Shown here piece after piece: positions 11,648 to 24,339 of a stretch of DNA of 64,000 nucleotides. The stretch's first letter is position 1. Every line of letters begins with the position of its first letter. This stretch comes from Leptogorgia sarmentosa. Lineage: Eukaryota. The notes beneath the pieces were generated by a model. It was given only the letters and a program-made list of their open reading frames with translations, was not told the origin of the DNA and ran no database searches. The DNA is taken from the NCBI GenBank assembly GCA_964658305.1, contig OZ210885.1, positions 4,960,001 to 5,024,000 on the forward strand, given 5' to 3'. The translations under genes and the position numbers were made by a program.

Positions 11648-11939
11648 ATCAATAAAGTTTTTAAACTTTTTTAATGTCTGACGAAGTTTAAATTTTTAGT
11701 ATATCATTTTATCATCCAGACATGGCAACCAAAGTATTTTCATATATATATATATATATATATACTGAAAAGTCGGGGGCGTGGCCCATTCTCACCTCGA
11801 CATCACCCCCGGATTTCATTGTAATCTCCCCGGTCAATCTCGCTCCCCTTTCTCTCAAAATATCATATCTCCTTTGTATTGACCTACGAATAAGTACAAT
11901 TGAGATTCCAATTTAAGAATCATGAAAGCACGAACTAAA

Positions 11940-12340
11940 TTTTACATTGGACGCTATGGCGTCAAGACGTAAAGCGCAATCATAATTAGACCAGCACCGT
12001 CCTGGGAACTGTTAGCGGATAATTAACACAGATAATGTTTAACGGATAATTAAGGCCATGTACGCCAATAAATCCTGTGATATATCGGGTCGAAACGCCG
12101 TGATTACAGTGATATAGATTGTAAAGCATTCTACCCCCGTTAAAATATCGCTTACTTCGTTCCTCTTGCGTGATGATGCTGTCGTCGTAGGCACAATCGA
12201 GGAGCCTTCACTAACAAAGGACGGCACTTTGGTAGAAGGGGACTCGAGGTTTCCTGGAATAAGCTCAGATGTTTAGACGAACTTATAGGCCAAAATCTGT
12301 GATACAAGCTTTGTCGAGAGAAGGGGATGGCCTGGCCACA
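11940..12340 (-). mobile_element. DIRS/Ngaro-type retrotransposon gag-like ORF1 fragment
   Basis: VECFTIYITVITAFRPD..QDLLAYMALIIR followed by AKQFPGRCWSNYD. Confidence 0.7.
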
Positions 12341-12468
12341 AGATAAAGGCTTGATTGAGACCCGAACTAGGTTCAGTCGAAACGATAGGTAAAACAGAGG
12401 GGGAGTTGGACACTGCTGTACCGTCGGTGGTAGCAAACTGTGTGGCTGTACCGTTGATTAAACCGGAG

Positions 12469-12600
12469 TATCGTCACGGGTTTTCGTGTGTGATTCGTAA
12501 GGTGAAAAAAGGCCTCAACAAAGATCGAAAGTTTTTCTTCTGCCCAAGTAATAAAGAATCGTTTTGCAAGTAGTTCGAGTGGGTGCCGGAGGAGCCATAT
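12469..12600 (+). pseudogene. GRF-type zinc finger fragment
   Basis: HGFSCVIRKVKKGLNKDRKFFFCPSNKESFCK*FEW matches zf-GRF spacing with an in-frame stop. Confidence 0.7.
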
Positions 12601-12803
12601 CAAGATGTCGGTTTTGTGAAACCTGTTTTAAGCAAACCAACTGAAAAGCAAGAGGAACATTACGTGACAGACGAATTCATAAACTATTTTGCTAATAGCT
12701 TGAACATTTTAGTCAAACAGTTTTATTTAAACATTTTATAAATATTATTTTAAAAAAATCTTATTAACAATCATTTAAAAAGTCTAAAGTGTCCAAAAAA
12801 CGT

Positions 12804-12919
12804 GGTCGCCTGCTCACTGCGCTGTTCGGCTTCTTGCGGAGGAGGTCGCCTGCTCACTGCGCTGTTCGGCTTCTTGCGGAGGAGGTCGCCTGCTCACTGC
12901 GCTGTTCGGCTTCTTGCGG
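12804..12919. repeat. 40-bp tandem repeat, about 2.9 perfect copies
   Basis: ggtcgcctgctcactgcgctgttcggcttcttgcggagga starting at 12804, 12844 and 12884. Confidence 0.95.
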
Positions 12920-13439
12920 CAGTTTTTCTCTTCGGGGGCTTCTTTCGACACTTGTTTGGGGGCTTCTTCCTCTCCCTCGCTTTCCCTGCTTTCTACGTTC
13001 TTGTAATTGTCCTCAAACCGGCGTTGAGACTGCTGTGTCCAATTTTCCATATTCCCAATATGGTAGCAGCTTTCTCAATTGTTTTTTTTTGTTTGCGAAT
13101 TTTTCTCTGCCTTTTGGCCTCTTTTTAAATTTTTTTGGCATTTCCTTTTTCTCAAAATATACTTGTTGTTGTTGTTTGTGAGATTTGTGCACTTTTGTGT
13201 TTTCCACTTTTGTTTGTTTGACACGCCCCAACAAGGCAAACTTTATATTGCTCGCGAAGAACTTGTGCAAGATTGTCAATTTTAGATCCCACTACCTCGC
13301 GTAGAGTAGAAAGATCATTAGTTCCTACTTCTAGTATGACAATATCTGGCTTATACTTAGTGTGAGGATTTGGGAATCCTCATTTTCTTCAAGTCTTGGA
13401 TGGATAAGGTGAACCCTTCATATCTTCAGGTTTTTTTAG

Positions 13440-14240
13440 TATTGGTATAGGTAATGGAACCACATTAGTGCGGTACAATTGTCATGTAACAATAGTCCAT
13501 GAGTGAGCTGAGAATTTTTCGTATTGATGTTTTATCATGTGGGAATTGTTATATGTGATAAAATATGCGTCTGTATTGTCCGTGGTTTAAATTGATAGAA
13601 TTTCGATGGCATATAACGGTTGCATCATATGAAAGATAAATAAAAACTTGTAAGTATGTGTGCCTATAAAATGTGTGGATTTTAGGTTGTGGGTACATAA
13701 AAGGTCGAAGTGTGCGGTGTGTAAAGTGGATCAAGTCCAAATCGGAAGTAACCACATGGAACTAAAAAACCTGTAAAAAGAATATAAAAAGAGAGAAGGA
13801 AGAGTATGTGTGTGATCCCTGTACGCGGCGTTTTGTCCTCCGTGGACTCATCAGTGGGGAATCGAGGTTGTTGGTGCATGTTAAGAGATGGGAGAAGAGG
13901 AGGAAGCTTAAACGGGATTGTAAAAACTAAATTTACTATATATGTAGATGGTTTTAAAATGTTATCATACCAAATTGTTTCTTGTTGGGACACAGGCCAA
14001 CATGGAATGCCATTGTACTTGAGAATGTGTGTACTTGTAAAGTATCGAAATGATATTTTTGCGTGTGAGATGCTTGCTTCTTGATAGCTTCCTGTAGCAA
14101 ATGGGGCGAATGTAATTTGCGCATGTGTGTATAAATTGCGTGTTAGGGGTGCCTTGGGTCTATCTGTTGTTGTGTGGTTAATTGCGGTTTCAGGAGGTGA
14201 AGTTTGCATGGTAGGGTAATTGCTAGTTACTTCATAACAA
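13440..14240 (-). mobile_element. About 0.8-kb hammerhead-bearing repeat (Penelope/retrozyme-like), diverged copy A
   Basis: Colinear similarity to 16275-17050; contains a mutated hammerhead at 13816-13860. Confidence 0.6.
13816..13860 (-). ncRNA. Degenerate type I hammerhead ribozyme
   Basis: Reverse complement tcccca CTGATGA GTCC acgga GGAC AAAAC gccgc GTA caggga; the core GAAA has become AAAA. Confidence 0.7.
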
Positions 14241-16066
14241 GTTTTTCGATTTAAAATTTCACAGGCACTGACGAAACCGAGGTTTTGGTCCTACTTTTAT
14301 AATGAGGTTGGGAGAAATTGAAACATGCCAGCATAAAAGTTGACAGATCCAAATCTAACCAATCAGCATTAGGTTGATACTTTTTTTTGTTTCTAGTGCC
14401 AGTGTTCTGACCTTGTTTACACTGGGTGTTGTATGTGTCAATCTAATTTTCTGCTTGGTTGATCAAATTCATGGAAGTTGAAAACTTGTCTGTCCTAACA
14501 AAATCTAATACGATTTTTTTGTGTATATATGTATAGATTTTTATAAATAATGAAACTTGTATAGGGAAATTAAACGAATTTTTTCTTTTTTATGATGTAA
14601 TATTGATGCACTAGCTGTGCGAAAATGTGTATTTAATAAAATTATTATTTAGTAAAATTTTCATGTGCATCTGCGCGTTTGTTCTAATAGTGATCTTCAT
14701 CAAAATCATCATAAGGATAATGAAAGCTTTGACACTTTGCTGCATGTTGTTTATGCTACTTGCATCCTGTTTTTCACTAAAAAGGAATTTTTATTATGGC
14801 CTTCAATGACCTGGTAAATATTTATTGATATGTTTGTTTGAATGGAGAATTCCATACTTTCATAAATTTTCATACAAAAATATATTAGTAGCATCTCAGC
14901 TTAATGCTGCTTTTTAAAGGTTATTTTTGGTGAATACTATAATTGTTTAATATGCACAGTTTGTAAGACCTTCGTCTATGGTCAGTTTTGGTATAATTGC
15001 TCAGTATGTATCAGTACTGAAAATTCATACAAAACTTGGATATCTGGTGATGACTGGAATCAAGCCAATTTATTTTAGTTGATTGTTGTACCAGACTGAA
15101 TCATAGTACGAGTGGTTCAATGTATGCTTATAATGAATTTTCAGTTGTGTAAATAATTAATACTATCCTTAGTATTATTTTAATTTGTTATGGAATTTCC
15201 ATTATTGAATGTTCCTGATGTCAATTTTCATAGCTAAGTAATAAAACAGGTTCTTAATCTTATTTTTGCACAAGTTAAAAATGATAATTAAACAATGTAT
15301 ATTTTAAGATGAATTGTGCTATCATCAAAACAAAAATAAATGTTTGCATGTGTGATGTTTCTTATCAGTCATTCAGGCTTTTAACTCTGCCATGTAAAAA
15401 GCCATTATATGGAGTTCGTAATTTGGACCGATGGCGCACAACAATTCAACTCAGACAATTATTTGGTTTCTTATTTATTTGACATGCAAACTCAATCTGA
15501 AGCTATAATAAAAAGGGAATAAATTGTTTGTGCATGCATTAAATGGATTACATGTGTATTTTACTCACCAAGTATTTTGTCCAAACCACTGTTTCTTAAA
15601 CATTAAACTTTTAGCTAAAACATCACTTTCTCTTTGAAATATATGTCAACACCAATTACATCAAAACATGGCTTCCTTGGTTCACACGCCTTTTTTGCAG
15701 GCGGCAATATTTCATGTTATTTCTTTCTTGTAACTCAACGTAACATATTTGATAACATTGACAACAGTGAAACAGGCGTTATCCCATGTGCATGTACACA
15801 TGGGAAAGCTTTATAAATTTTATTGTGGTACTAATTACCTTTATGAATGCACATTAAATCACACTTCAAGCCGAATGCAATCTTTTCATACAGGAGTTTA
15901 CTTCATAAGAAACGTCATTAACTTATGGACTTGGATAACATTAAGAATGACAAAAGTATCCAAGTATATGCCGTATAATAAGTTGAAGGGCAATATGTTG
16001 TGACCTGTCATTGTCCAAGTAAAATCTTCATTTGCAATTTCTTAGTTCTAAAAAAATGTTTTCAAT

Positions 16067-16266
16067 GTCTACACTGATTTCTTATTCTAACCTATTTACA
16101 TATTCTAAGCTAATGACTCCCAGGGCTACAGTTGCATCCTAAGTGTAATCCTTGTTAGAATAATGTTGAATATAAAGCGATAATTTTGTATTCAATGGAT
16201 AAATTTGAATAATACGTTTTTCTGTATGTCCTGAAATGGGAGTCAAGGGGTTTTACTTTTATTATC
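16067..16266. repeat. 200-bp direct repeat, copy 1 (copy 2 at 17806-18005)
   Basis: gtctacactgatttc...cttttattatc; one mismatch seen between the copies. Confidence 0.92.
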
Positions 16267-16274
16267 TTATATTT

Positions 16275-17050
16275 TTGATATAGGTAATAGGAACCACATT
16301 GTTGCCGTATATTTCATGTGGTAGCAGTATTGTGTAGGTTACGGACAAAGGGGATTATTGCATGCGGTAAAACACGTTTCCGTTTGGCCTGTCACCTAAA
16401 CTGCACGTTCTTAGGGTAGATATGATGGACGCATTATGTAAAAACGACTAAAATGCTTGTATATATGTATACTTATAAAATGCGTGGATGCCAAGGTGTA
16501 ACCATATACATAGAGTTAAGATGTGTGGTGCGTAAAAAGGGATCAAGTCCAATTCGGAAATGATCACGTTGAAATAAAAAACTTGTAGGATACATGTAGT
16601 TTCGATAAAAGGTAGAGAAGGAAGAGTATGTGTGTGATTCAGTGTCCCTGGACGCGGCGTTTCGTCCTCCGTGGACTCATCAGCAGGGAGTTGGGGTTGG
16701 CGCATGTTAAAAGATAGAGGATAAGGAAGCTTAAACAGGAGTGTACACAAACTAAAATAAAATTTGCTAGATAAGTATAGAATGTTTTAAAACGTAATCA
16801 TACCAAATTGTTTCATGTTGCGATGCAGGCCAACGCGGAATGCCATTTTAGTTGAATAAACTTGAGAAGTGTTTGCTAGGAGATGCTTGCTGTGACGCTT
16901 GCTGTAGCAAAAGGGTCGAATGTCATGTGCGCACGTGTGTATAAATTGCGTGTTAGGGGGCGCCTTGGGCATGGCTGTTGTTGTGTGGTTAGTTGGGGTC
17001 TTAGGGGGTGAATGTTGTGTAGCTAGGATAGTTGTTTGTTACTTCATGTA
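16275..17050 (-). mobile_element. About 0.8-kb hammerhead-bearing repeat, copy B
   Basis: Colinear with 13440-14240; contains an intact hammerhead. Confidence 0.6.
16645..16689 (-). ncRNA. Canonical type I hammerhead ribozyme
   Basis: Reverse complement tccctg CTGATGA GTCC acgga GGAC GAAAC gccgc GTC caggga: 6-bp stem I, 4-bp stem II, short stem III, GUC cleavage triplet. Confidence 0.92.
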
Positions 17051-17805
17051 GTATGTTGTAAATGTTATTGATTTGGGAAATTAATTGTTTGTGAAATGTG
17101 AAGTTGGTGGATGTATCCAGAACAATATAAGACGGGTCGGGAAAAATGTCATATATATATTTATACAGAAATTTATAAGTTCGTGCAGCTGAAGAAGGAT
17201 TCTATGTACAAGGTGTGAGGCTATATAGTATAGTGATGTGTTTGTGTCTTGAATATATATATAATAGATGACTAATTATAACCTTATAACATGATGCTGT
17301 GTTTCGATGTAATTGAACAGTCTGTGGTCCATACAGTGTAAAAACTCCTTCTATGCATATATGATGTACAGGTCAGATTGTTATATAGTTGATGTGTAGG
17401 CTTTTTGTGAAAACGTATGGTGTAGAGGTAATTAGAGCCTCAATAGGAAGTGGATTGTATCTGAGGATACATTAAGGCTGCAAAATGTAAAACCAATGTT
17501 TGAATTTAAAAATTACACTTTAAAAATTACAGGCCAGCCAAATCTCAATGGTGTCTAGTTGTTGCAATTGTTCTGCATGGTTAGGTTAGGTTATCGTTAT
17601 TGCTCAAGTCACTGAAGACTATACCAAAGCGTTTTAATCATTGAAGATCCACATTTCCCATATAATGTAAAGTTATTTTGTCAGTGTGTAGACCACTCCT
17701 TAATCGGTTCAACTTCAACACGAGTTTGTTTGTTCTTCTGCTTCTGCACGAGGATGTTGGTCGTCTCCCTCTCGCCACGCCTGGTTCTCGCCTTTTTATA
17801 CTCTC

Positions 17806-18005
17806 GTCTACACTGATTTCTTATTCTAACCTATTTACATATTCTAAGCTAATGACTCCCAGGGCTACAGTTGCATCCTAAGTGTAATCCTTGTTAGAAT
17901 AATGTTGAATATAAAGCGATAATTTTGTATTCAATGGATAAATTTGAATAATACGTTTTTCTGTATGTCCTGCAATGGGAGTCAAGGGGTTTTACTTTTA
18001 TTATC
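17806..18005. repeat. 200-bp direct repeat, copy 2
   Basis: Matches 16067-16266. Confidence 0.92.
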
Positions 18006-18248
18006 AAATCAAATCAAAGCAGGCATTTGCTCCAAAATATCAATCACCAGACAAAACTACAATCTGTCAGACCATTGTCCACCATGAATATACTCACTAA
18101 CACTTCCAACATTTTAAAATTTATAATTTTTTTATTCAATTTACATACCAATTACAATTTATACAAGTAAGATAAAAATACAAAAAGAAAAGCCATAGAA
18201 GCATTCAAGCACCTTCTTTGGCAATGCCAGAACCAAAAGTACTTGCAC

Positions 18249-19720
18249 TTACTTTCTCTGATAAGTTGGAGAGTGCCAGGTCTTGATACAGTTCAAACCT
18301 GGCTGCAAGTGCAAAAATGTTTGCCAATATGGAACACTACAGTATGTTTTTACTCTTAATTCACGCATCCTTATAACATACAGCACAATTACGTCGAGAG
18401 TCTGACATCTCCGGCATGTGAACCATGTGATACTGGCTCGGGCCAGGAGCACATGTTTTATATTTGCCTAATTAAGGCTTCTCTGAAATCTACAATATCT
18501 ATTATTACGGCTTAAGGCCTCTACGTCTGGGTTCTCAGCCCTGTAATGCTGAAGAAAAATAAAACTATTAACAATAGCTATCTCTATAAGGTGAAAGAAC
18601 AAAGTCTTCCACCATCTTTTACATTTTCTACTTACATTATGGTATGCTAGCATTTGGTCAGACCTATCAACCCAATTCATGTACTGGCTATACTCGTGGA
18701 TTGCAAAGGGCTGGGGAAGGGGAAGCTCAGAATATTCTCCATACTGTTTCATTTTTCGTTGGCAACTTACCTGTTCATTCGCAGAATATAGTGTTGTTAG
18801 AAAGGAGGAGTGGGTAGTGGAGGGGGTAGCATGCGAAAAAAGATCCTTGACTAACTGAGTGGAAGTATAAAAGTTATCCAGATATAAATGATAGCCCTGA
18901 CCTAAATAAGGCTGCATCAACTTCATCACTACATCATACCCAAGGCCTTTCTTCGACGTGTCTGATGCAGCACCCTTACCTATATAACCATTCTTACTGT
19001 TGGCTAAAACACCAAAGATTCAACCCCCCACTTTGTAGGCTTGTCTTTCATGTATTGCCCGATACCCGACCAGTGTTTGGACTTTACCATATACTCATCC
19101 ACAGCCAATTTCTGTGTAGGCTGATAGAGAACTTTACACCTTTCTTTGAATGATGCAATGAACTCATCAACCTTGTGCAACTTGTGACCAGGAGTCTCGC
19201 TGGCAGGGTCACACACAAGAATGCGGAGAGGGCCTTGTAGCGATCCCGAGAAAGTATCTTCATGAAATAGTGACCTTGTGCTCCAATACTTTGCTACATC
19301 ACCAGATAACTTAATTATCCTAAACTAGAGTGAAAGGGCAATAAACCTCTCTATTTCTGCAAAATGAGTTTCAATTCAGGACCCATCCTGAGCTACATAA
19401 CCCTTAAGGTAGCCTCGACCCAGGTGTTAGTGTGTTCCATAGGTGTTAGTGTGTTCAACTATGGCACTGATCATCTGAGGTGTAAAGAAGAGGTGGAAGA
19501 ACATGGTTACCCTCAAGGTGGGTGCCTCAAAGTGAACGCCAGGTGGACAGGGTGGTGGGAAGGGAGGCAAAACATTGACAACATCCACAGTGTCAAAACC
19601 AACATTTGGTTTTTCCTCCTTGGATGCAGCACTATTAGTATTGTCATCACCTTCTCCACTGTTCCGTCCCACACTGCCCCTCCCCTGTCAATTTATATTA
19701 CTCTTGTTATCACCTGAATT
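18249..19720 (-). mobile_element. piggyBac transposase pseudogene (PGBD4-like)
   Basis: LAVDEYMVKSK..YMKDKPTKWG, YHLYLDNFYTS, VDRSDQM..RWWKTLFFHL and a C-terminal Cys-rich domain, spread over several frames. Confidence 0.93.
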
Positions 19721-20064
19721 GGTCAATTCATTTAAAGTGTTTCCTAATATGCATGTGCACATCAATTTTTCTATACTACACAATTGTTTAAAAAAACGTA
19801 GTTCAGTAGAGATGGTAAAAAGCTTGAGTAGGCAGGTGAATGTCTAAAGCTTGGAAGCACTTTCATTTTCTGGCGATTATTTTTCCTTTGCATAACTCTT
19901 ATAATCATAACAAGCAGTAGTAATATTGTTATAATATTGTTTGAATTTGGAAACAAGCCGTAATAAAGTATAAAAGGATGTTTCGAATTTCAATTATAAC
20001 ACTGAGATAAAAATGTCTTAGATAGATTTTGGGTTGAGGCCCATTGGGACAAGGCCCAAGGAGG

Positions 20065-20382
20065 CAGGGGCGAAACTTGCACCTTCTCAATGGGGGGGTT
20101 ATGGGCAAAAATGCCCTGCAAGATAACCAGAACCGTAGAAAATATTCCTAAATTGTTGGCGAGCGGGGGGCCTAGTCTTTTCCGCTAGCCGACTTACAAG
20201 CACAAAAACGTTTCATGTAAACTTTAATTGCAATTTAAAACTCTTGATAGTCAATTTTTTATCAAATGAATATATTTTTATTTCGTTTTGCCCTGCGAAC
20301 CCCCTCTTTGCCCTGCAAAGTTAAGCATTGGGGGGGGGGGGGTTAGTCACCCCCCCTAACCCCCCCTTAAATTTCGCCCCTC
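20065..20382. mobile_element. hAT-type MITE with 8-bp TSD
   Basis: TIRs caggggcgaaa / tttcgcccctc flanked by caaggagg at 20057-20064 and 20383-20390. Confidence 0.8.
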
Positions 20383-20710
20383 CAAGGAGGACATGGTTGA
20401 AACCATGCCTGCTGACGCTTCCCAATCTCAGACTTTTTAATGAGAACTGCTGTATTCTGAAATAAAAAACACCCATATGTGAAGTCTGTGGTATAAGTAA
20501 TAATTGATATTGAGAAAAACAAGTTATACCCTCATAGGGTATAATTAAGATAAATATTACAAAAATATGACTAAAACATGAATTACAAAATAAACTCACT
20601 ACAGGTTAATTTTATAATGATATATAATAAATTGTTGAAAATTTGTAACAAAAATGGTCCAATGTTAATCGGTTCGCCATGTGAATTAATAATAAAGAGT
20701 ACTGTAGCTA

Positions 20711-21144
20711 CTATTTAAAGGAATTAAATGTCAAGTTCTGAAGTCCATGTATACAACTTGTAATAATGTCATCTTTTAATGTCATTTCGATGTTTTTCAA
20801 ATCTAACAGTTTCTCCGATATGTTGTCTTCCAACAGTTCAGTCAGATTTGATGTGCCAAAATAGGTTTGCCAGAACATCAGCAAATATTGAGAGATCTCT
20901 GTCATTCTCGTCTAGTTGAAACTTGACAGCAAACCTCACAGTCCTGAAGTCGCATTCTGTGGAAACACCAAGTGCACTTTATTATTTTGGTTTCCAAGCC
21001 AGGTGGAAGCTTCTTAGAACAATGAACACAACAACGATATTTATCTACATCTACCGACCTGAAGGCTTTCACGATCACCACAGTTTCGTTATTCGACTCA
21101 TCTGGATTCAATACAGATTTAGGGAAAGGAAGTCGACACAACAT
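20711..21144 (-). pseudogene. RPA1-like OB-fold/Zn-ribbon C-terminal fragment
   Basis: YRCCVHCSKKL...IIKCTWC..RMRLQDC, the same layout as 728-1440. Confidence 0.55.
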
Positions 21145-21188
21145 GCATTGATTGACTTTGATAAAATTACTAAAGCAATTGAGGAACT

Positions 21189-21480
21189 TATCTAAGGCAT
21201 TCGATACAATTGATCACAAGATTCTAGTAAGGAAATTGGGGCATTATTGTATCAGAGGAGTATCCAAAGCTTGGTTTCAACATTATACAATAGGAAAAAA
21301 ATAGTGAAATATAATCGAGTACATTCTGAGGAAGTGATGATTAAAAGCGGTGTTCCCCAGGGATTAGTCCTGGGTCCCATATTGTTTCTTTTATACGTAA
21401 ATGATATCCAATACTGCAGTGAACTGATTTCTATTGTATTGTTTGCAGATGACACAAACACTCTTTATAGTAATATGTGT
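21189..21480 (+). mobile_element. Non-LTR (CR1/L2-like) reverse transcriptase fragment
   Basis: LSKAFDTIDH, GVPQGLVLGPILFLLYVND, FADDT. Confidence 0.92.
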
Positions 21481-22258
21481 CTTAAAAGTAGGTTCCAGTG
21501 GCTTTTGTGCATGTGTGATAAGTTTGATTTGATGAGCAACCTCATATTGCAATCATAACAAGTTTCCAGTCCGGCAGCATAATAAAAACAAGCTTTTTGT
21601 TGTTCAGAAAACATCATCATGAAAGCAATTTTTAAATTCCCCCATCAAAATTAGTGTTGTGAACGGTTAATTTGTCGCCGCTATTTTTGTCATAGCGAAC
21701 AATATGTCAGACATGCGCAAACGAAACGCTTTTTTGTTGTTTTCATGACTCGAATCGAAAAACACGTTTATAACGACTTTCAACTTATATTTTATAGTTT
21801 ATAGTTTAGAAATAAAGTTTATTTTACATTTAACTGCGACGTGCAGTACAATTAGTTTGCCTAAACAATTGTATTTGTTATTTATTTTTTCGGACGTGCA
21901 CTAAGAAGCGAAAAGCTAAGCCTCGCCCTGAGCAAATTCAATGAAGGTTTTGCTTTGTTACGATTTTTACTATCTATTTTTTTTTCATGCAAAACTAATA
22001 TGTAGAGTCTTTATGATCTTAATAACCCTAAAATTGTATATAATTGATTCTTAATAGGTTCAAACTTATCTATTTGCTGAGCACAACTCTTTAGTCTGAC
22101 AATACTCTTTCTGCCTTGTAACTTCATCTTTAATTCATACAGCTCCCTTCGTTCTTTAGGTTTTCTTGTTCTTTGGTACTTTCTTCAATAGGTTTCTACA
22201 TATGAATTTACTAAGGTATAATTTGTAATATAGAAGTAAATTTCATGATTAATTTATA

Positions 22259-22790
22259 TCATGTAACAGTTACACACAAGTAAATATTTGCAGTTTCTGC
22301 ATATAAACATTGTTTTTCCCTTCCAGCCGTCCATTTTGCATCGCTGTGCATTTTTTGTGTCTGCAAGGCCAACATCATGTCAGACTTGTCAAAATCACCC
22401 ATGTGGTTGTTATACAACTCGACTGAAGCAGGCTGTTCAACACTTGCTGTACATTTTCCAATTCGGTCTTTTCTAACAAAATTTGACATTGTGAGCACTC
22501 TTTTGCTGTTGTACCAGGATCTCACAACCAAATTTCTCCTTGTTGACATTGATTGTTGAAGCACCTCTCCCTGTTTTCTTCAAGTCGTTTTCTTTAGGCA
22601 AAGGACATTTTCTGGACCTATTGACATTCAATGTTGCCAATGCCCAAAAGCCTTTACTTGTGAAATATTGCATCAGCTCTGGACTTGTTGAAGGTTTTTA
22701 ATCAAGCGAAGGAGAACCAACCCACTTTGGCCACACTTTTCTGGTGCATTCCACCACATACCCAGACACCGGAAGGGGGCTGATGCACCG
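22259..22790 (-). mobile_element. piggyBac transposase fragment (PGBD2/3-like)
   Basis: LATLNVNRSRKCPL..LKKTGRG, WYNSKRVLTMSNF, QPASVELYNNHMGDFDKSDMMLAL. Confidence 0.85.
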
Positions 22791-23209
22791 TGTAAGAACT
22801 CACCAACTACGTCATCGGTATCAAATGTGCACATGAGGCTGACATGCAGTTCAACTTCGAATTTGTATTTCTCGGTCGACAGGTTTTAAAGATTCCTTTG
22901 ATATCGACAGTGTATTCGTTTATAGCTATTGCTCGGTGCAAGTTTTCTCTTGTAATTTGGAGTTGAAGAGGGACTCATGGCAAAATTAATCGAAGAGCTT
23001 TCTCTACTGCGTGAAACAACACTGTGTCCTTGGAAGAAGACGATCCATGATCCATCATGAACTCCACTGACATCATTAAACTTTGCGTTCTGTTCCTGGA
23101 TCACACGGCTACAATGTTGTATGCAGTTCGTAAATTCTAGCCTCACCAGTTTGATACTGGTGGTAGATACCATCGGAAACTTGACAAACTCGTGTACTTT
23201 ATTTGGTGG

Positions 23210-23880
23210 AAGGAGATTAGGCTTCAGGGTTTAGGTATCATTATTCTTTCTAACAGACCATCTCCTGCTTACACATTTTAGCGAAAACGCCTTGAGAAAG
23301 GAAGGAGCGTGGTTGACTAGCTCCACAAAATGCAACACCGATTTCGTTCGGACCATCAACTTTACCCTTTGTTCCTTTTGTTACAAGCCATGGTTGACCA
23401 TCATGGAATTTGCAGAGTAGCACGATATTTAGTTATTTCCCGTTATTCCCTCTACTGCAGGATAACAGTTTCTGAAAGAATGTGTGGGCTTCATCCTTCG
23501 CTATAATACCTTCGCTATAATACCTTGACTATTCTACCTTGACCAATAACAGTGTTTTGCTTTTCCTCAACATACTGAACAATTGGGTCAATAAGCTGAA
23601 TGCTGTAGATTTATTATATAAACCTTGATAAAGGCTGGAGGCTCTAACTTTAGTTTTAGGGCAAATTAATGCATATATTGCGCTTAGCAAAGGCCATAAG
23701 ACAAATTATTTAACCACATTTTGCACCCTTGAAAACGTTTCCAGCCAGTCTACAAAGACATCTGGTGTGGCCTCCTTCCATGGAAATTCAATTTTCTTTG
23801 CTTCCGAATAAACTTTTTCCATAGCATTTTGCTCCGAATTAGGCATCCTGGTACTTTTAAAGTGCTTTGGCTGTGACATC
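23210..23880 (-). pseudogene. Degraded DUF3987-like ATPase, N-terminal part
   Basis: EFPWKEATPDVFVDWLETFSRVQNV..LWPLLSAIYALICPKTKV and a downstream TQP segment; resembles the region preceding the P-loop at 44.8-45.0 kb. Confidence 0.45.
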
Positions 23881-24339
23881 TTAATTAACAAAAATATATG
23901 GATGTATTTCACTAGATTTTATTTTGTAATATATAAAATAGGGCCATTTTTGTTTTCACTTCGCGCAGCGTGAACACATTCGTGAAGTAAAAATTTGTTC
24001 ACGAAAATTCTACATCTAAATAAGCCTCAATGGCGTAAGTCAGACAGATAATTTAGTGGGGTCATATGTATAAAATGGTGCTCATTGAGCTTAGAAACAA
24101 TTCATTTCAAAAGCCACTAATGAAAAACACGATTACATTGACCATAGCTCTCCAATCAACAAGGTGGCTACACTATTGTAATGATAAATATAATAACAAG
24201 CATATACTTTCTGCTAAGAGAAGGTGGCAAGCATGCAAATTTTTACAGTTGGAATGTGTTTTAAACTCCAGGAATGAACGTAACCAAAAACTGTCTCTTT
24301 TCTCATCAGAAACTTGTTTTCATAATGTTGTTGTTGATG

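Noticed and set aside
12789..13285. Plus-strand ORFs of 130, 108 and 68 aa
   Set aside because: Antisense shadows of a Lys/Arg-rich frame and a 40-bp repeat.
17605..17640. Additional hammerhead (ctgaagac...aaagc)
   Set aside because: No GAAA core or stem II pairing.
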